Source of the DNA: Lama guanicoe
Lineage: Eukaryota
NCBI GenBank assembly: GCA_013239625.1
Contig: MU054037.1
Span: 1 to 64,000 of the forward strand
Length of the DNA: 64,000 nt
Direction: 5' to 3'
Shown: positions 40,097 through 54,318 of the stretch, piece after piece
Numbering within the stretch: the first letter of the stretch is position 1
Layout: each line of letters starts with the position of its first letter
Position numbers and translations under genes: made by a program
The notes under the pieces: generated by a model
Databases searched by the model: none
Seen by the model: the letters and a program-made list of their open reading frames with translations, nothing else
What the model was told of the DNA's origin: nothing

Positions 40097-40303
40097 CTAT
40101 ACCACGTCTTCCCAGAAAAATGAAGGCTTGTGAAAGGCAAATATGCATAAGAGGACCACTATAACCAGGATCAGGGAGAAGAAGACCATGAGGAAGACAT
40201 AGGTGGAGTGGGGGAGAGGTGCAGACGGCGGCTCCTCAGCTGGAATCATGTTGGTCAGGTTCAGCATGTAGCCCAAAGTCCACCCGACGCTGGTGCTCCG
40301 GAC
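40097..40303 (-). CDS. ENTPD1: ENTPD1 last coding exon (207 bp incl. stop): ACR5, C-terminal TM helix, short tail
   Basis: Acceptor tttgcag|GTC. Translates [68 protein letters not shown]. Confidence 0.97.
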   Translation of the reverse strand, partial: VRSTSVGWTLGYMLNLTNMIPAEEPPSAPLPHSTYVFLMVFFSLILVIVVLLCIFAFHKPSFFWEDVV

Positions 40304-42446
40304 CTGCAAACAGTGGGGAAAGTCTGTTGTTTCTGGTCTGAGGATTAAATGAGCTTTCACGCAACCCTATCCCTAATACTGAGCGGCCAGGAAGTGGAGG
40401 CAGCACGACATTCAGTTCTCTAAGTGAATTGTTTTATATTCTGAATTGGGAATATGGCTGTGGGGAAAAACTGAGAGGGAACAAGTAATTAAGAAGGAGA
40501 GTACGGGACCTCACTACTACATCCCAAAATTCAGAGAGGAATTTGGTAAATGACTGCCCAGTTCTCCTTCTTAGAAAAACTTAATTCAAATAGGCCTTTG
40601 GAGATTTGCATTCCTCTTTGGCTGTTTGTGTGACTGTGGGTGGGTGGGTAGGTGGGGTGGGGAAGGGGACTGGGGTGACAGGAAGCAGGCAGAGGATGAG
40701 AGAATAATGATTGTCCCGGGCCTCCTATATCTGTGGCAGGCCCAGGAATCTCATCCATACAAAACCAGGGTTCTTTTATGATTCAACTAGGGAAAAACTG
40801 GGGAATAATCCCAGCCAGTCAGTCTTACTCAGTGGAAGTTGAAGGACTGCATATGCCGAGAAAGGATTCTTCTTAAGTGAAAAAAAAAAAAAATTCTCCA
40901 ACTTGGTCATCTTCCTAGGAATATTTTCAAGTCACCTCAAAACGTATTGAAATATAGGTAGTCCCTGAATAATAAATAATTCTGGAAATGTTTGTGTTAC
41001 ATGAGTTGTATGTAGTCATGGTATAAAAATTAGGACGTATAGATAATCCTAAAAGAGAAAACAAAAACACGTCTACTTCACCATTCAGAAGTTGCTGCTA
41101 TTATCATTGTGTGACATAGGCTTCCAGGCCTCTATGTGCATGTTTTTCCTCACCAAAAAAAAAAAAAAAAGGAATTAAGCCGTATGTAGAATTATTCACT
41201 TAACAATTCCTTGTAAACCTCATCCCATGTCTCTTAAGGGATTTCTGCAACATCATCACTGATGTGAACTGCCTTATATGTTCTTTCTACTCGCTTTATT
41301 CAATTATTTGTAAATCCTAGAAATGGAGTATAGGGTAAAATGATGTACGTATTTTAAGAGTCCTAGCACATATTGCTGAAACAGTCTTCCCAAAGGTTAT
41401 GCCAGTTTACATTCCAACCAAAATCATGTGGAATGTTCCTCTCCTCTAAACCTTTACCACTACTGGGAATTAATAATTTGTAAAAGGCCCACTTCCATTT
41501 ATGGGGGAAAGGAACCTTATCTGACTGCATGAGTCAAGGGAGGCTCCAGAGTTAGAGGAGTTATCACTGAGGGTTTAGGAAAAAAAATGGATCAAAGAAT
41601 ATAAATCACTAGTAAATTTGACATAGATGTATCCCTCAAACAGAAAAAATAAACTGTGATGGAATGCAAGGAAGACTGGGATCTTAATACAAGGAAAAGA
41701 GTTGTGTTTGAATTAGCAAGACCAATATTGACAAGAGTGTGACAAAACTAGTATCTTCAAGGCTACTACAGACCTCTGCCTCGATGCTTTGTTTTGATCG
41801 TTTTTGCCATTAGTGGATGTGGGTTTAAAAGATAGAGAAATACTGCCCTTGATATCTGTCATCAAACATGAGTTTGCTTATGAGTCTGGCTGCTGATGTA
41901 AAGGTTGCTCTGTGCCTAGATACCTGCAGGTGATGCTGTGGTAATGCACAGCTGTGAGGCTGCTTCTTTAAGGCTCACGCTAAGCCTGGCTTCTAAGCAA
42001 AAACTTCCATTCACAGCCACTTGCCTTCACAGCTAGCTTTCAGATCGGCCAGTCTTTAAGGTACAACTAACAAGGCCTTCACCTCTTATGAGAAATCACG
42101 ATCATCCTTTCTGGATTCATGGAAGGAAATGGATGTTGAAGTCAGCACAAAGAATCACTGTGGCTATTGAAATACTGTTAGATTACTTTAATATCTCATT
42201 TTTTTTCTTTTATATGGGAACAATCACTGCTATGTGAGCAGAAAGGAGAGGCTGACAATACAGGGAGCTCTCTCTCGATAGGACAGCTCAACATACAGGA
42301 GGGCCTGACACGAAATGCCAGCCTGGGTTGGAGGTGAAGTGGTAGAACAGGACTCAGGCCAAAATGGAAGTCAGGTTGACTCCCAATTCTTACCAGCTCA
42401 GAGATGCTTCAGTTACTACCACCCGACCTCCCCCAACCCAACAAAC

Positions 42447-42584
42447 CTTGCCCATGAAATGGATATTCTTCCAGGTCTCAGCTGTAAAATGATAGCCATT
42501 CAGAAGAAGAGTGAGGATGTAGGTGCCAGAAAAGCAGTATTCACTCAGGTAGTTCTCCTTCACATCACTAAAATACACCTGCAG
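42447..42584 (-). CDS. ENTPD1: ENTPD1 exon 9 (138 bp)
   Basis: Acceptor tttccag|CTG, donor AAG|gtttgt. Translates [46 protein letters not shown]. Confidence 0.95.
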
Positions 42585-44315
42585 CTGGAAATGGAGTGAA
42601 GAAAATATCACACTTGTACAACAACAGGCGCTTCTCCATAGCCCTCATTTTCACTATCAGAGCTGATCTAGAGGAGGAAGCCTGGCTCACAGGGACCTGA
42701 GAGGCAGCCCCTGTAGAGGGCTTTGGGAGTGGTGCTGCACCCCTTGAGTAGGCGCCAGGGGTTATAGCATAGGGTCTGTTAAGGAATCTTTTCCTCCACG
42801 GGGTTCTATGAGATATTAACAAACGCTCCAGGAAAAAAGTAGTTTCTGTGATCTAATATGTTCAGAAACACTGAATTTTACTATAGTTTCCCATCCTTTG
42901 GCATACTAAAAGCTGTGTAAAATCTTGCATGAAAGGAATCTATTAATCTTTGTTTAATCAGAGTTTTCTGTATGCTCTTGACCAAAGTCTTGGGTTTAGA
43001 GCCTCTATAAGCATCTTTAAAAATGGTCATAAAAAGCCTTGACACTCAGTTTAGTTCCTGAACTAGCAGCGTCGGCATCTGCTGAGAGCTTGTTAGTCCT
43101 CATTCCCGATCTGCTGGCGCAGAATACGATCCCCAAGTGATCACACACGGTAACATTTGAGAAACACAGCTCTGGAATCCAGTTTAGGAGGCATTTTGCT
43201 CAAGACTCCAAGATGCTCATCTTTCTCCACAAATCATCACTAGCTGCAGAAAGCCCCCTGTAAGTGTTTTGTAAAGTGCTGAGGCATATTTGAGCAGATC
43301 TTTCCGAAAGCCCTGAATACCCTTCCTTCAGGTTCTAACTCAGACAAAATACTTAGGGAAAATTCCAAATGTCCAGGTTCTTGCACAACCTTCCTTCCTC
43401 CTCTGTCAGTGCCCATGAGAAAAGCATTCATTTTTAATTAATTACGTATCTTCAGAATGAAAGCACCATTTACTTTTGCAGCAGTGTCAACTTAAAACAG
43501 CTGCTGTTTTTGGCCACTTCTAGATGATCTGTTTTTTTTAAATCAGAGTAGACTCCATATCTTTCTCTCTCCTCCCTGGAAACTTCCATCAGTTAGCACT
43601 GAATATTGAATGACTCAGTGCCACAGACAAGAAAAAATTTGTGCTTCAAATTTATGAAATAGTAGGAGACATCTTGGACCTGGCCGATGGAGAACAAGTC
43701 TTACCACAATGGCAATCTGTCTGTAGCAGATTCTATGACTTGCCTGTCTCCCTTTGGGGTTGGAGTTGGGGGAGGGGAGTGGGCAACAATGTGCCCAGCT
43801 CCAGGAAGTAGCGTATAATAAATCTAGGGCTCTAAGCCAGTCCTAAAATCCTGCACCCTGCTTTCCCAGCCTGTCCTGGCCAATAAGATGTAAGAGAAAG
43901 GCTCGTGAGGAGTTTCCGGGACAGCTTTTGCCTTCCTGTAAAAAGGAACAGATGTCTCTGGCACTACCCTTCTGATCTTGAATATGGCTGTGATCCCTGA
44001 AGCCACACCGTGCTTCCATGAGGAAACAGGCCTAACAACAACTGAAGAACTAATGGCTGAGACGGTCCTACGGCTGCCTATGAAGGACTTCAAATTAGGC
44101 GCAAAAAATAAGACCTTTTCTGTTTAAGCCACTGTATGCCAAGTTATCAAGGAATGCCGGTGAACCTTATTCCTGACTTGAGTGCACCGTCTGGGCTTCT
44201 CTAACACGTTTGCTGTATCTTGATCATGTTAGCATGACCTGAAGAGCAGACTCCCATCCTCCATGCTGTCAAGGGCACAGGGCAGTGGTAACAGCTGCTG
44301 TTTCCGGCCATTTAC

Positions 44316-44432
44316 CTTTTCCCAAGGCTGAGAGCAGAACTCTTCCATCATGTCAGTCATCTTTTTTGGAGATAAGTGTTCCTTTGATGTAAGGTTTAAA
44401 AACTCCATCACATAATAAAAAGCTGAAAATGC
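44316..44432 (-). CDS. ENTPD1: ENTPD1 exon 8 (117 bp)
   Basis: Acceptor tcttgcag|GCA, donor AAG|gtaaat. Translates AFSAFYYVMEFLNLTSKEHLSPKKMTDMMEEFCSQPWEK. Confidence 0.96.
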
Positions 44433-44740
44433 CTGCAAGAGAAAAATACTGAGTTTCGTGCAGTGTCCAACACAGGGGGACATTGATTCACTCTCCAGAG
44501 AGCCAAATGCCTAGTGAAAGTGCCTGGACATCTCAAATGAGTAAATTACTGGACCAAATGATATTCCAGACACAAGAGCTGCTTCCTTCCTGGAAGAGGG
44601 GTCATTTTGCTGCTGACATGCTTTTCTGAGCCACCTGGTAGTTAACTTTCTCTGTAATTTTAATGGGAGAGTCAGGGAGAAAGAAAGATGGGGAAAAGAG
44701 AAGAGAGGAAGAGGTTACAAAAATCCTATCTAAAAAACTA

Positions 44741-44866
44741 GGGGAGAGTATAGCTCAGTGGTAGAGCACCTGCTTAGCATGCACAAGGTCCTGTGTTCAA
44801 TCCTCAGTACCTCCATTAAAAAAGTAAATAAGTAGGCCAAATATATAAAAAAGAAAAATAAAACTA
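44741..44866 (+). mobile_element. tRNA-derived SINE (camelid vic-1 type)
   Basis: GGGGAGAGTATAGCTCAGTGGTAGAGC...GTTCAATCC...CCTCCA with A and B boxes, A-rich tail and flanking aaaacta duplication. Confidence 0.85.
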
Positions 44867-45224
44867 TGAGACATCCTTTTACACCATTCAGATTGGCAAA
44901 AATTAAAGAAAATATGAAAACAAAAAAAAAAACTATGTATTATGTATGAATTTTTAACAAATAAAAACTGGAAAATTCTATACAAAGGTAATAGAAGTGA
45001 TCCCTGGCAAAATTATAAGGTTTTTTTCTTTTTTTATTCATATCCCTTTTTTGCCTGTTTTTATAATGTACAATGTTTTGCTTTCTTTAAATAGCCTATC
45101 TTTATTTAACATTTTTTTTGCAAGTCTATGATGAGCTAGTAAATTAAACCTTTAAAAAAATCAATGCCATCACATATGAGAACTATATAAAAAGTTAAAA
45201 GTACAAATGAGTAAAAAAGGAAAC

Positions 45225-46145
45225 ATTCTAAAGTAATGGAAATAAAAACAAAAATAAACAAATGGGACCTAGTTAAACTTAAAAGCTTTTGCACAGCAAA
45301 GAAAATCATAAACAAAATGAAAAGACAACCTACAGACTGGGAGAAAATATTTTCAAATGATGCTACCAACAAGAGATTAATTTTCAAAATTTACAAACAG
45401 CTCATATAGCTTAATATCAAAAAAAAAACAACACACAAACAACCCAATCAAAAAATGTGCAGAAGAATTAAACAGACATTTCTTCAAGAAGACACACAGA
45501 TGGCCAACAGGCACATGAAAAGATACTCAATAGCACTAATTATTAGAGAAATGCAAATCAAAACTACAGTGAGGTGTCACCTCACACCAGTCAGAATAGC
45601 CATCATTAAAAAGTCTACAGGTAATAAATGTTGGAGAATGTATGGAGAAAAAGGAAACCTCCTACACTGTTGATGGAAATGTAAATTGGTGCAGCCACTA
45701 TGGAAAACAAGATGGAGGCCCTTAAAAAACTAAAAATAGAGTTACCATATGATCCTGCAATCCCACTCCTGGGCATGTATCCAGAGAAAGCTCTAATTCC
45801 AAAAGATACATGCACCCCAATGTTCACAGCAGCACTATTACAATTTCCACTGACAGATGATTGGATAAAAATGTTGTGATACATATAATATACCATGGAA
45901 TACTACTCAGTCATAAAAAAGAATGAAATAATGCCATTTGCAGCAACATGGATGGACCTAGAGATTATCATACTAAGTGAAGCAAGACAGATAAAGACAA
46001 ATATCATGTGATATCACTTATATATGGAATCTTAAAGGATGATTCAAATGAACTTATTTATGAAATAGAAGTAGACTCACAGACATAGAAAACAAACATG
46101 GTTGCCAAAGGGAAAAGGGCGGGGCAGGGAAGGGAGGAATAAATT
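45225..46145 (+). mobile_element. L1 ORF2 C-terminal fragment
   Basis: [32 protein letters not shown] motif. Confidence 0.88.
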
Positions 46146-48294
46146 CTACCATTTAAAGACAACTGCTATTAAATATGACATACAGGCATCTAAACGTTTT
46201 TGCTCAACTCTAATAAATACACACAATTTTTACTGTATATCACCCTATAACTGCCTTTTTGTTCCTCTTAATATAGCATGAATTTAAAGAGGAAGAAATA
46301 ATTGAGCAGAGTTTATTAGATGAGGCAACTCAAATCCCAACTCGAGTGCCTTTTCTCTCTCACCTGCCCTAAGTGGTGCCAGTTTTTAGAGGAAGTCATT
46401 TTGGAGGCCGTAGGAGCATATCATCTGTTTATTCAGCAAACACCACCCTGTGTGCTAGGCACAGGGCTGAGGCAGAGTCTATTGTGATTATTGAAGAGGA
46501 ACAAAAAAGCTTTCCCTATGCTAGAAGTAGTGTGGGTTTGGGATTATATTTTGCCTTCTGTAAAATCACTAAACCAGAAGTGAATGTAGAAAGGAAATGT
46601 GATTCTCAAACAAGCCAAGCAATGTTCGTATGTAATTCTCATGGGTAAAAAGACATAGGAGGGCAAAGAAACAAGCTTCTGGTGGGCAAAGAAACAGGAG
46701 TTAGTGAGGATCCCACTAGAGGCTCAATTCTGACTCAGAGAAGAGGAAAAATGTCCTCTACCAGGCAAGTTCCTGATAGAACAGGTCTTATGTTTCAATT
46801 CCAGCCAAAATATGCCCAATGCCAGCTTCTTAAAAATTGTGTTATTTAAAAAATATCCTTATACATATATAACATAGCTAATATAACAAAAATGAGTAAG
46901 TGTGAGTATATTAATCCTTTTTAATAAGTCTTCTTTCATTTATTTTATGGCTTGATTTTCTCTTCTACTTCTAGTTCCAATGGGAGCCCATATTAACAAC
47001 TTAATATGAAGCCTTCCATTTTTCCCCTATTGCTATATAATCCTTCCTATATTATCCCTCACATAATTGTATACAAATACACATATGTAAAACATGTTTT
47101 TTAAAAAAAATTTTAAACACATTCTACAGCTTGATTTTCTTACTCAACAAAACTCTGAAAATCCCTCCAAGACAGCTGGGGACACTCTAATGGCTACATT
47201 AAGAGCTCATGGTGTTAATGTAACATAATTCATTCAGCAACTCCCTACTGATGGGCTTTCCTTTGATTCCAGTATTTTTGCCTATGAGCAATGTCGCTAT
47301 AAGTACCTCAGCACATTTAGCCTCCGAGCTAGTATGCTCATTCCTCTGGGGAGGCTGAGCTCCCCAGGAGCTCTGAAAGGCAGCCTCCACATCCAACACT
47401 TTAAGTATTGTATGTATGTCAGTTGCAGAATAAGAGCATAGTGTGGCCCTATTTCTACCATCTTAACCCAAGCCACCATCATCTCTTGTGTGGACACTGC
47501 AATGACCTCTTAGTTGGTCTCCACATTACCTTTTTAGCCTTTTTCCAATCCATATTGAATATCCCAGTCATAGGAATCTTTTAAAAACAAATTTGATCAT
47601 TTCACTCCTCTGCTTAAAACCTTCAGAGACTCCTAATTATGCCTAAAATAAAGCCCAAACTCTACCAGGTGTTTCAAGGTCTGCCCCCCAGGCCATTACC
47701 ACCGCATACGCATGCCCACCTCACCCACCACATTGCAGCCATCCTAGCCTTCAATCATGCCAAGCTTTTCTTCCCCCTGGATTGTACATTTGTTGTTCCC
47801 AGCGTTGCAGTTCCCTTGACTTCCATGTCTCCTCCTCAGAGAGGTCTTCTAATCACCCACCTAGACTAGGATGCTCTAGGAATCCCTTTCACAGTACTAC
47901 TTTTTTCTTTCTTTCCAGCAGTTGCCACAGTTTGATTTGCTTTTGTTTGTTTGTTTGCATTTCTGGTCTCTCATCTGCCTGCCCACTAGAATGCTAGCTC
48001 CGTGATGTCAGGGACCACATCTGCCTTGTTCTCAGCTGAATCTGCAGGCACTTGGCACATGAAAGAGCTCTATAAACATGTAAGAGGCTCTAGTTCCTAG
48101 AGCACTGCCTAGAATGTAAAGGGCAATTGGCGAATCTGTTGATTGAGGGACTGGATAAATCTAGAGACTAGATAGCTATGATATGCATAGCTAATACTCG
48201 AAAATGTTCTCCCCTATTAATTAAAACTATTAAGAGTGTTTTCCTCTAGTGAACTGATTGTGGGGCAGGAAGGAAGGGAAGACTTAAATTTTTA

Positions 48295-50070
48295 CTTTAT
48301 AATTTTTATTTTTCTTATAAATAAATTTAACATGAGATCTACTTTCTTAAATTTTAAAGTATGCAATGTAGTATTGTTAACTATAAGGACAACGTTGTAC
48401 AGCAGATTTATAGAATTTAATCATCTTGCATAACTGAAATTTTATGCCAGTTGATTAGCAATTCTCCATTTCTCCCCTCCCCCTGGCCCCTGGCAACCAT
48501 CATTCTACTCTCTGATTCTGTAAGTTTGATTATTTTAGGTACCTCATATAAGTAGAATCATGCAGTATTTGTCCTTCTGTGACTAGTTTATTTCACTTAG
48601 CATAATGTCTTCAAGGTTTATTTTTGTCTCACATCACAGGATTTCCTTCTTTTAAGGCTGAATAATATTCTATAGTATGTATATACCACATTTTAAAAAT
48701 CCATTCATCTGTCAACATCCATCAATAGACCTTTAGATTGTTTCCATGTCTTGGCTATTGGGAATAGTGCTGTAATGGACATTAGTGTGCTGGTATCTCT
48801 TCTGGATCCTGATTTCAATTCTTTTGGCTAACCAAAAGTAAGATTATATGATCATATGATAGCTATATTATTAATTTGTTGAGGAACCTCCATACTGTTT
48901 TACATAGTGGCTGTAACATTTTGCATTCCCACCCATACTATATAAGGGTTCAATTTTCTCCACATCCTCCCCACACTTGTCTTTTGCTTTTTTTCATAAT
49001 AGCCACCTTAACAGGTATGAGGTGATATCTCATTGTGGTTTTGATTTGCATTACCTGGATTATTAGGGATATTGTTCACCTTTCATATACTTGTTAACCA
49101 TTTGTATGTCGCCTTTAGAGAAGAGTCCATTCAAGTCTTTTCTCCTATTTTGTAGGTTGCCTTTTCACTCTACTGATTGTTTCCTTTCCTGTGCAAAAAC
49201 TTTTTAGTTTAATGTAGTCCCATTTTTGCTTTCAGTGCATGGGATTTTGGTGTCATATCCATGAAATCACTGCTGAGACCAATGTCATGAAGCTTTTCTC
49301 CTATGTTTTCTTCTGGGAATTCTACAGTTTCAGGTCTTGTGTTCAAGTATTCAATTATTTTGAGTTGATTTTTGTATATGATGTAAGATATGGGTCTAAT
49401 TTCATTCTTCTGCATGTGGATATACACAGTTTTCCCAACACCATTTATTGAAGAGACTATCCTTTCCCCTTTGTGTATTCTTGGCACCCTTTTTATAGAT
49501 CAGTTGATCACATATGTGTGGATTTTTTCCTGGACTCTGTTCTGTTCCATTGGGCTATATGTCTGTCTTTATGCCAGTACCATACTGTTTTAATTACTAT
49601 TGCTTTATAATATATTTCTAAATCAGCAAGTGTGATACTTCCAACTTTGTTGTTCTTCCTCAAGATTGTTTTGGCTAGTTAGGTCTTTTGTAGTTGCAAA
49701 TGAACTTTATAATTTTTTTCTATTTCAGTGAAAAATGCCACTGGGATTCTGATGGGAATTGCATTGAATTTGTAGATCACTTTTGGTAGTATGGGCATTT
49801 TTAACAATATTAAGTCTTTCATGAACAGAGAATGTCTCTCCATTGTGTCTTCTTCAATTTCTTTCATCAGTGTTTTGTGGTTTTCAGTGTACAAATCTTT
49901 CACCTCTTAATTAAGTTTATTCCTAAGTGTTTTACTCTTTTTGAGGTTATTGTGAATGGAACTGTTTTCATATAGTTCATTGCTAGTGTATAGAAACACA
50001 ACTGATTTTTATATATTGATTTTGTATCTTGCAACTTTACTGAATTTGTTTATTAGTTCTAACAGGTTTT
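48295..50070 (-). mobile_element. Older L1 (L1MA-like) 3' ~1.8 kb
   Basis: ORF2 remnants KDLYTENHKTLMKEIEED and ILPKVIYKFNAIPIRIP on the minus strand. Confidence 0.85.
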
Positions 50071-53000
50071 TTGGGTGTGTGTTGGGGGAGGTCATTTTTA
50101 TCATTAGAATTGTTACTTGTAATGTAACTGTCATCCCACTTTTATGAGGTTTCCAGGCTAACAAATCGAGAAAGTTAACCCAAAGCCAAATTTGTCCACA
50201 GAGAAAGAAAAAGGGTTTGTTAAATCATTTTCCAAAGATCCAATGAAAAACATATTGGGAGTACTTTGGGAAAAAGATTAAGTGAAGCATTTGTAGTCAT
50301 AGAAGGAATAGGTGTTACAGTCTAATCTCAAAATCTTACCCTAAACTGACCACTTGACTTTGTCCCCACTCCCCAATTCTAACTTGATCACTCATTCTAA
50401 CTTGCTTCTCTAACATGGCCTATCTGCTTGTATTACTAGATATTAGGTTGTCTCTGCCCTGGCAGGAAGCATTTAGAGGCAGGAGTAGCATCAGTTTCAG
50501 AGTTATCTGCCTCTGGCTTATGTGTTTGTATTTGTTCTCCATACTTCTAAATAGACTTGACCTCTGACACTTGTGTTGCATTCAGTCCTAGATACTGCCC
50601 TGCTAGGGCTCATGATTCTACTTTAACCTCTAGTTTCTATGTACTTTTTGTTCTAGATTAAGGGCTTTTGATGTGGGGTTCATGGGTCCACCTCAAGGGA
50701 TCATGATGTCTTTTAAATTGTAGGCAAAATTATTGGTATATCTTTATATGTCCATTCTTCTGCTTGGAAGATCCTTAGCTTTCACCACATTCTCCAGAGC
50801 CTTGTGATCCCTTGAAGAGTTAAGAATGATTGGTCTATTGAAGACATTATGCTAAGTGAAATAGAGCAGTCACAAGACGACAAATATTATATGATTCCAC
50901 TTACATGAGGTACCTGGAATAGTCAAATTCATCGCCACAGAAAGTAGAATGGTGGTTTCCAGGGGTTGAAGGGAAAGAGAAATGGAGAGTTTGTGTTTTG
51001 TTTAATGGGCACAGTTTCTGTTTGTGAAGATGAAAAATTTCTAGAGGTGGTAGTGTTGGCTGCACAGCAATGTAAACAATTAATGCCACAGAATTATATA
51101 CTTAAAAGTAGTTAAAATGGTGAATTTTTGTGTTATGTATATTTTACCCCCCTACACACACACACACACACACACAACCAGAACGAATGACTGATCAATT
51201 TAGCCTCAATATTTCACTTCCAGCTATTACCTTGATCATGCAGGTTATGATTTAGAGTTCTCAAAACAGAATCAAATAAGCAATATGGAATAAGGAATAG
51301 AAATTAAATATGGCCTGCCTGATAACTATTACAAACACCTGAATCAAACTTGATCTAATGTTTTAAATCTCCTCTCCTTTATACATATTTTTAAATTTCT
51401 AAGATTTCTCTGTAGCCACAGTAAAGGTCAAGTCTTAGAATTAGAATCAAGAGTAAATCCTGCTGTCTGAGAGCTGGGACTATGTCTAGTCATCACCTTT
51501 TTGAGACAGTTGTGCTCCAGAATAAGGTCATCTATTTCTCTTCCCCTGCTCAGGACCAGTTCATTCATATTCATATTCATTTATTTTTTCATTCCATCTC
51601 TTGTCCATCTTTTTTGAAAGTCCTCCATGTGTCAGGGCCTAAGTGGTAGTTTTCCTGTCTGTGTATGTTCTTCAGAAATCCACTTGACTGGGTTTAACAT
51701 CTAAGCTGGCCTCTTAAATCCCTTGGAAAGTCTCTTCTAGAATAGAATATTGCTTAAATCAACATGCACTGAAATTGAACCCAGAAAAATAAAGTGTTGA
51801 TGGGATAGGATGACAGGGTAATATTTTTTCCTTGATTTATGGACATTGTATAAAGGAAAAGAAACTTTAACCTTATTCAGAATGCTTCCCAAGTATGTTA
51901 AATCCCAAGAATTATACTGAATGACAAAAACCACCTTCTTTTAATGCCCCAGGAAGATACACTGCTCAAAATCAGATGGGTTAAGGACACATCACCAAGT
52001 TTCTTCCTGTGGCTGTAGTAGGTGACTCTAAAAGTCTTTTCAGAAAAAAAAAAAATCATCCCGATCCAATTCTTGGGGTAGGACTTTAGAGACTCAATCC
52101 ATCAGATGTTCTTCTGCCAGAATGAACCAAAGACAGTTCTTGAGGGAAGTGCTGACTCAGCTCTAGGACTTCCTGACTTTGCCTTTAGGTGAAGGTTGGA
52201 TGCCCTACCTCTGAGGTGAAAATCTGTGATCAGCTCCCTAATTTCCGTATTAGGAATCAATGTTACTTTATAATGCTTTACTTGGTTGCTGTCTATACCT
52301 TGTGGGCCCATACTTAAGTAGCAACTCAGAATAGGAACACTTTAGGCCATCTTCAGAGAACACAGAATCAGCTCCTAATCTTTCAATTGCTAGCTCTGTT
52401 AATATTTGTGGAAGATGATTCTAAGGACATACGTCTCTCCCTTCTTCTAGCTATTTTGAGTTCTTTCTATCGAGTTGAGTATCAAAAACCATTATTGCCT
52501 CAGTCTAGCACAGAATTGTTATCACTGAGTTGCTTGTTAATATTATGCTTCTAGATTAAAGTTGCTATAAGAATTACAATTTTTAAAAAATGAGGTCAAA
52601 GATATTGTCTAATAAAGCATCCTTGGGATTCAATTTTGGAAAAGCTTTGCTTTGCCCTAGGACCTGTTTGGTGGGTATAATAAAAAATATATATCTGATT
52701 ACATCTTTTCTTCCCCTTGGCTACTAGGACACTCAGAACTAAATACACACACACACACACACACATACACGTATACATATATAAACAAATTTTAATGTTC
52801 TTTCATCACAGTTCTATTGAATTTATTTATACCCTTTATTGTTTATATAAGTGATACAATGTGATCTTTAAAACATTCCTAAATTACCTTGTAGTAATTC
52901 CCCACAGATGTTCCCTCTTCCTTTTCAGTGTTTCTGATTTGCCTACAAATTGGATTCTGTCTGGCAACCAAAGTCACAGTGTAGCCAAACCAACAAGAGT

Positions 53001-54318
53001 ATTGACAGTTTTTAATACTCTATTTACAAATTAAGAATTAGATCATCAGTACTGAATGCAATTGTGGCAAATTCCCTCCCCATAAATTCCTTGTGGCTTG
53101 AGAATAACCAGGTTAACTGGTCCTGGAAACAATGGGAATGCAACTGGATTTTGGGGTTGCAAATAGTTACACTTCAAGATGCTAGATTGGCAACAGGAAC
53201 TTCCTGCAAGAGTGACTGCCTAGAATGAGGACTGTTTGTCAGGAGAAAGAACTAACCTTTTAAAGTGCTAGGATATGTTACCTTTTTGCTATTTACAGTG
53301 ATATGCTGTAGCTGGCTCTTACCCACTTGTGGGTTCTGGCCGGCAGAAGTCCCACCGAGACGGAATGAATTACTCGAGACTCTGTGGAAAAAGTCAAGAG
53401 AGCGAAAGAGAGTCGGGAGCCAACTCCACGAGCCTCTCAAATGCTCCCACATTAATTGTGTATAATCAAAGGAAAAAGTCATTAACAGTTGTTTGATGGT
53501 ATGCAGGAACTTAGGGAAAGACAGGATGAGATAGAGATTGCAGAATCCACAATGAGTATAAAGGCTTAGTTTATCTCTTTAGGGAAGTCATGGGGAGAGG
53601 GGGAACAAGATACATTCTTTAGATATGTTAATTACAAGGCAGACCACCAGATCAGCCAGTTCCTTGTTTTGGGGGTAGCAGACTATCTAACAGCAGGCAC
53701 ACCCAGTAGTTTATAGCTGAGGGCCTGGGTTGTTGCTTTGAAATGAGCAGAGTGCTATCTAAAACCTCAACTATGCAAGCAAGGCATTGTCTCAGCTTTT
53801 TATGGCAAGGAGACAGGAGTGCGGATGCACAGGCGCCTGCTTGCAAAGCAGTTACTAAACACATTTGTTCTTCTTAAAGGTGACAGGCGGCTGGGGTCTG
53901 TTACAATTTGTTAACCCAATCATGGGCTCCCACGCCCACTCATAAGAGCTAGTTGCTAAAACTTTAGGAGTTTTGTGAGCCAGTGATGGTAGCATAAAAT
54001 AGGCCATGGGGGAGTACTCATACCATGCAAATTAGCAACTGCCACAAATCAGCCCCTCCAGTGCGAGAGCTGGTTGTGAGACATTTACCAGTCCACCACT
54101 GCTTGTCTGGCTTATCACTCACAACTAGCAATGAGATAAGTATGTCTGTCCTCATTTTATAAATGAGGAAATAGAACCCCCCCCCAAAAAGATCTTTAGG
54201 CTTTAGGGAGAAATTACGGAGGGGACCAAAAATATTTGGAAAAGAAAGAAACTGCCAAAGCAGGAATAGGTAATGGTATAGTGCTGACTCAAGGACTATA
54301 TTCAGAGAAGAAAGATCC

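Noticed and set aside
39765..40133. 122-aa plus-strand ORF overlapping the ENTPD1 stop
   Set aside because: Starts at GTG, has no recognisable homology and lies antisense to the UTR; likely chance.
44741..44815. tRNA-like sequence (also 17068-17143)
   Set aside because: Has an A-rich tail and flanking duplication, and occurs twice: a SINE, not a tRNA gene.
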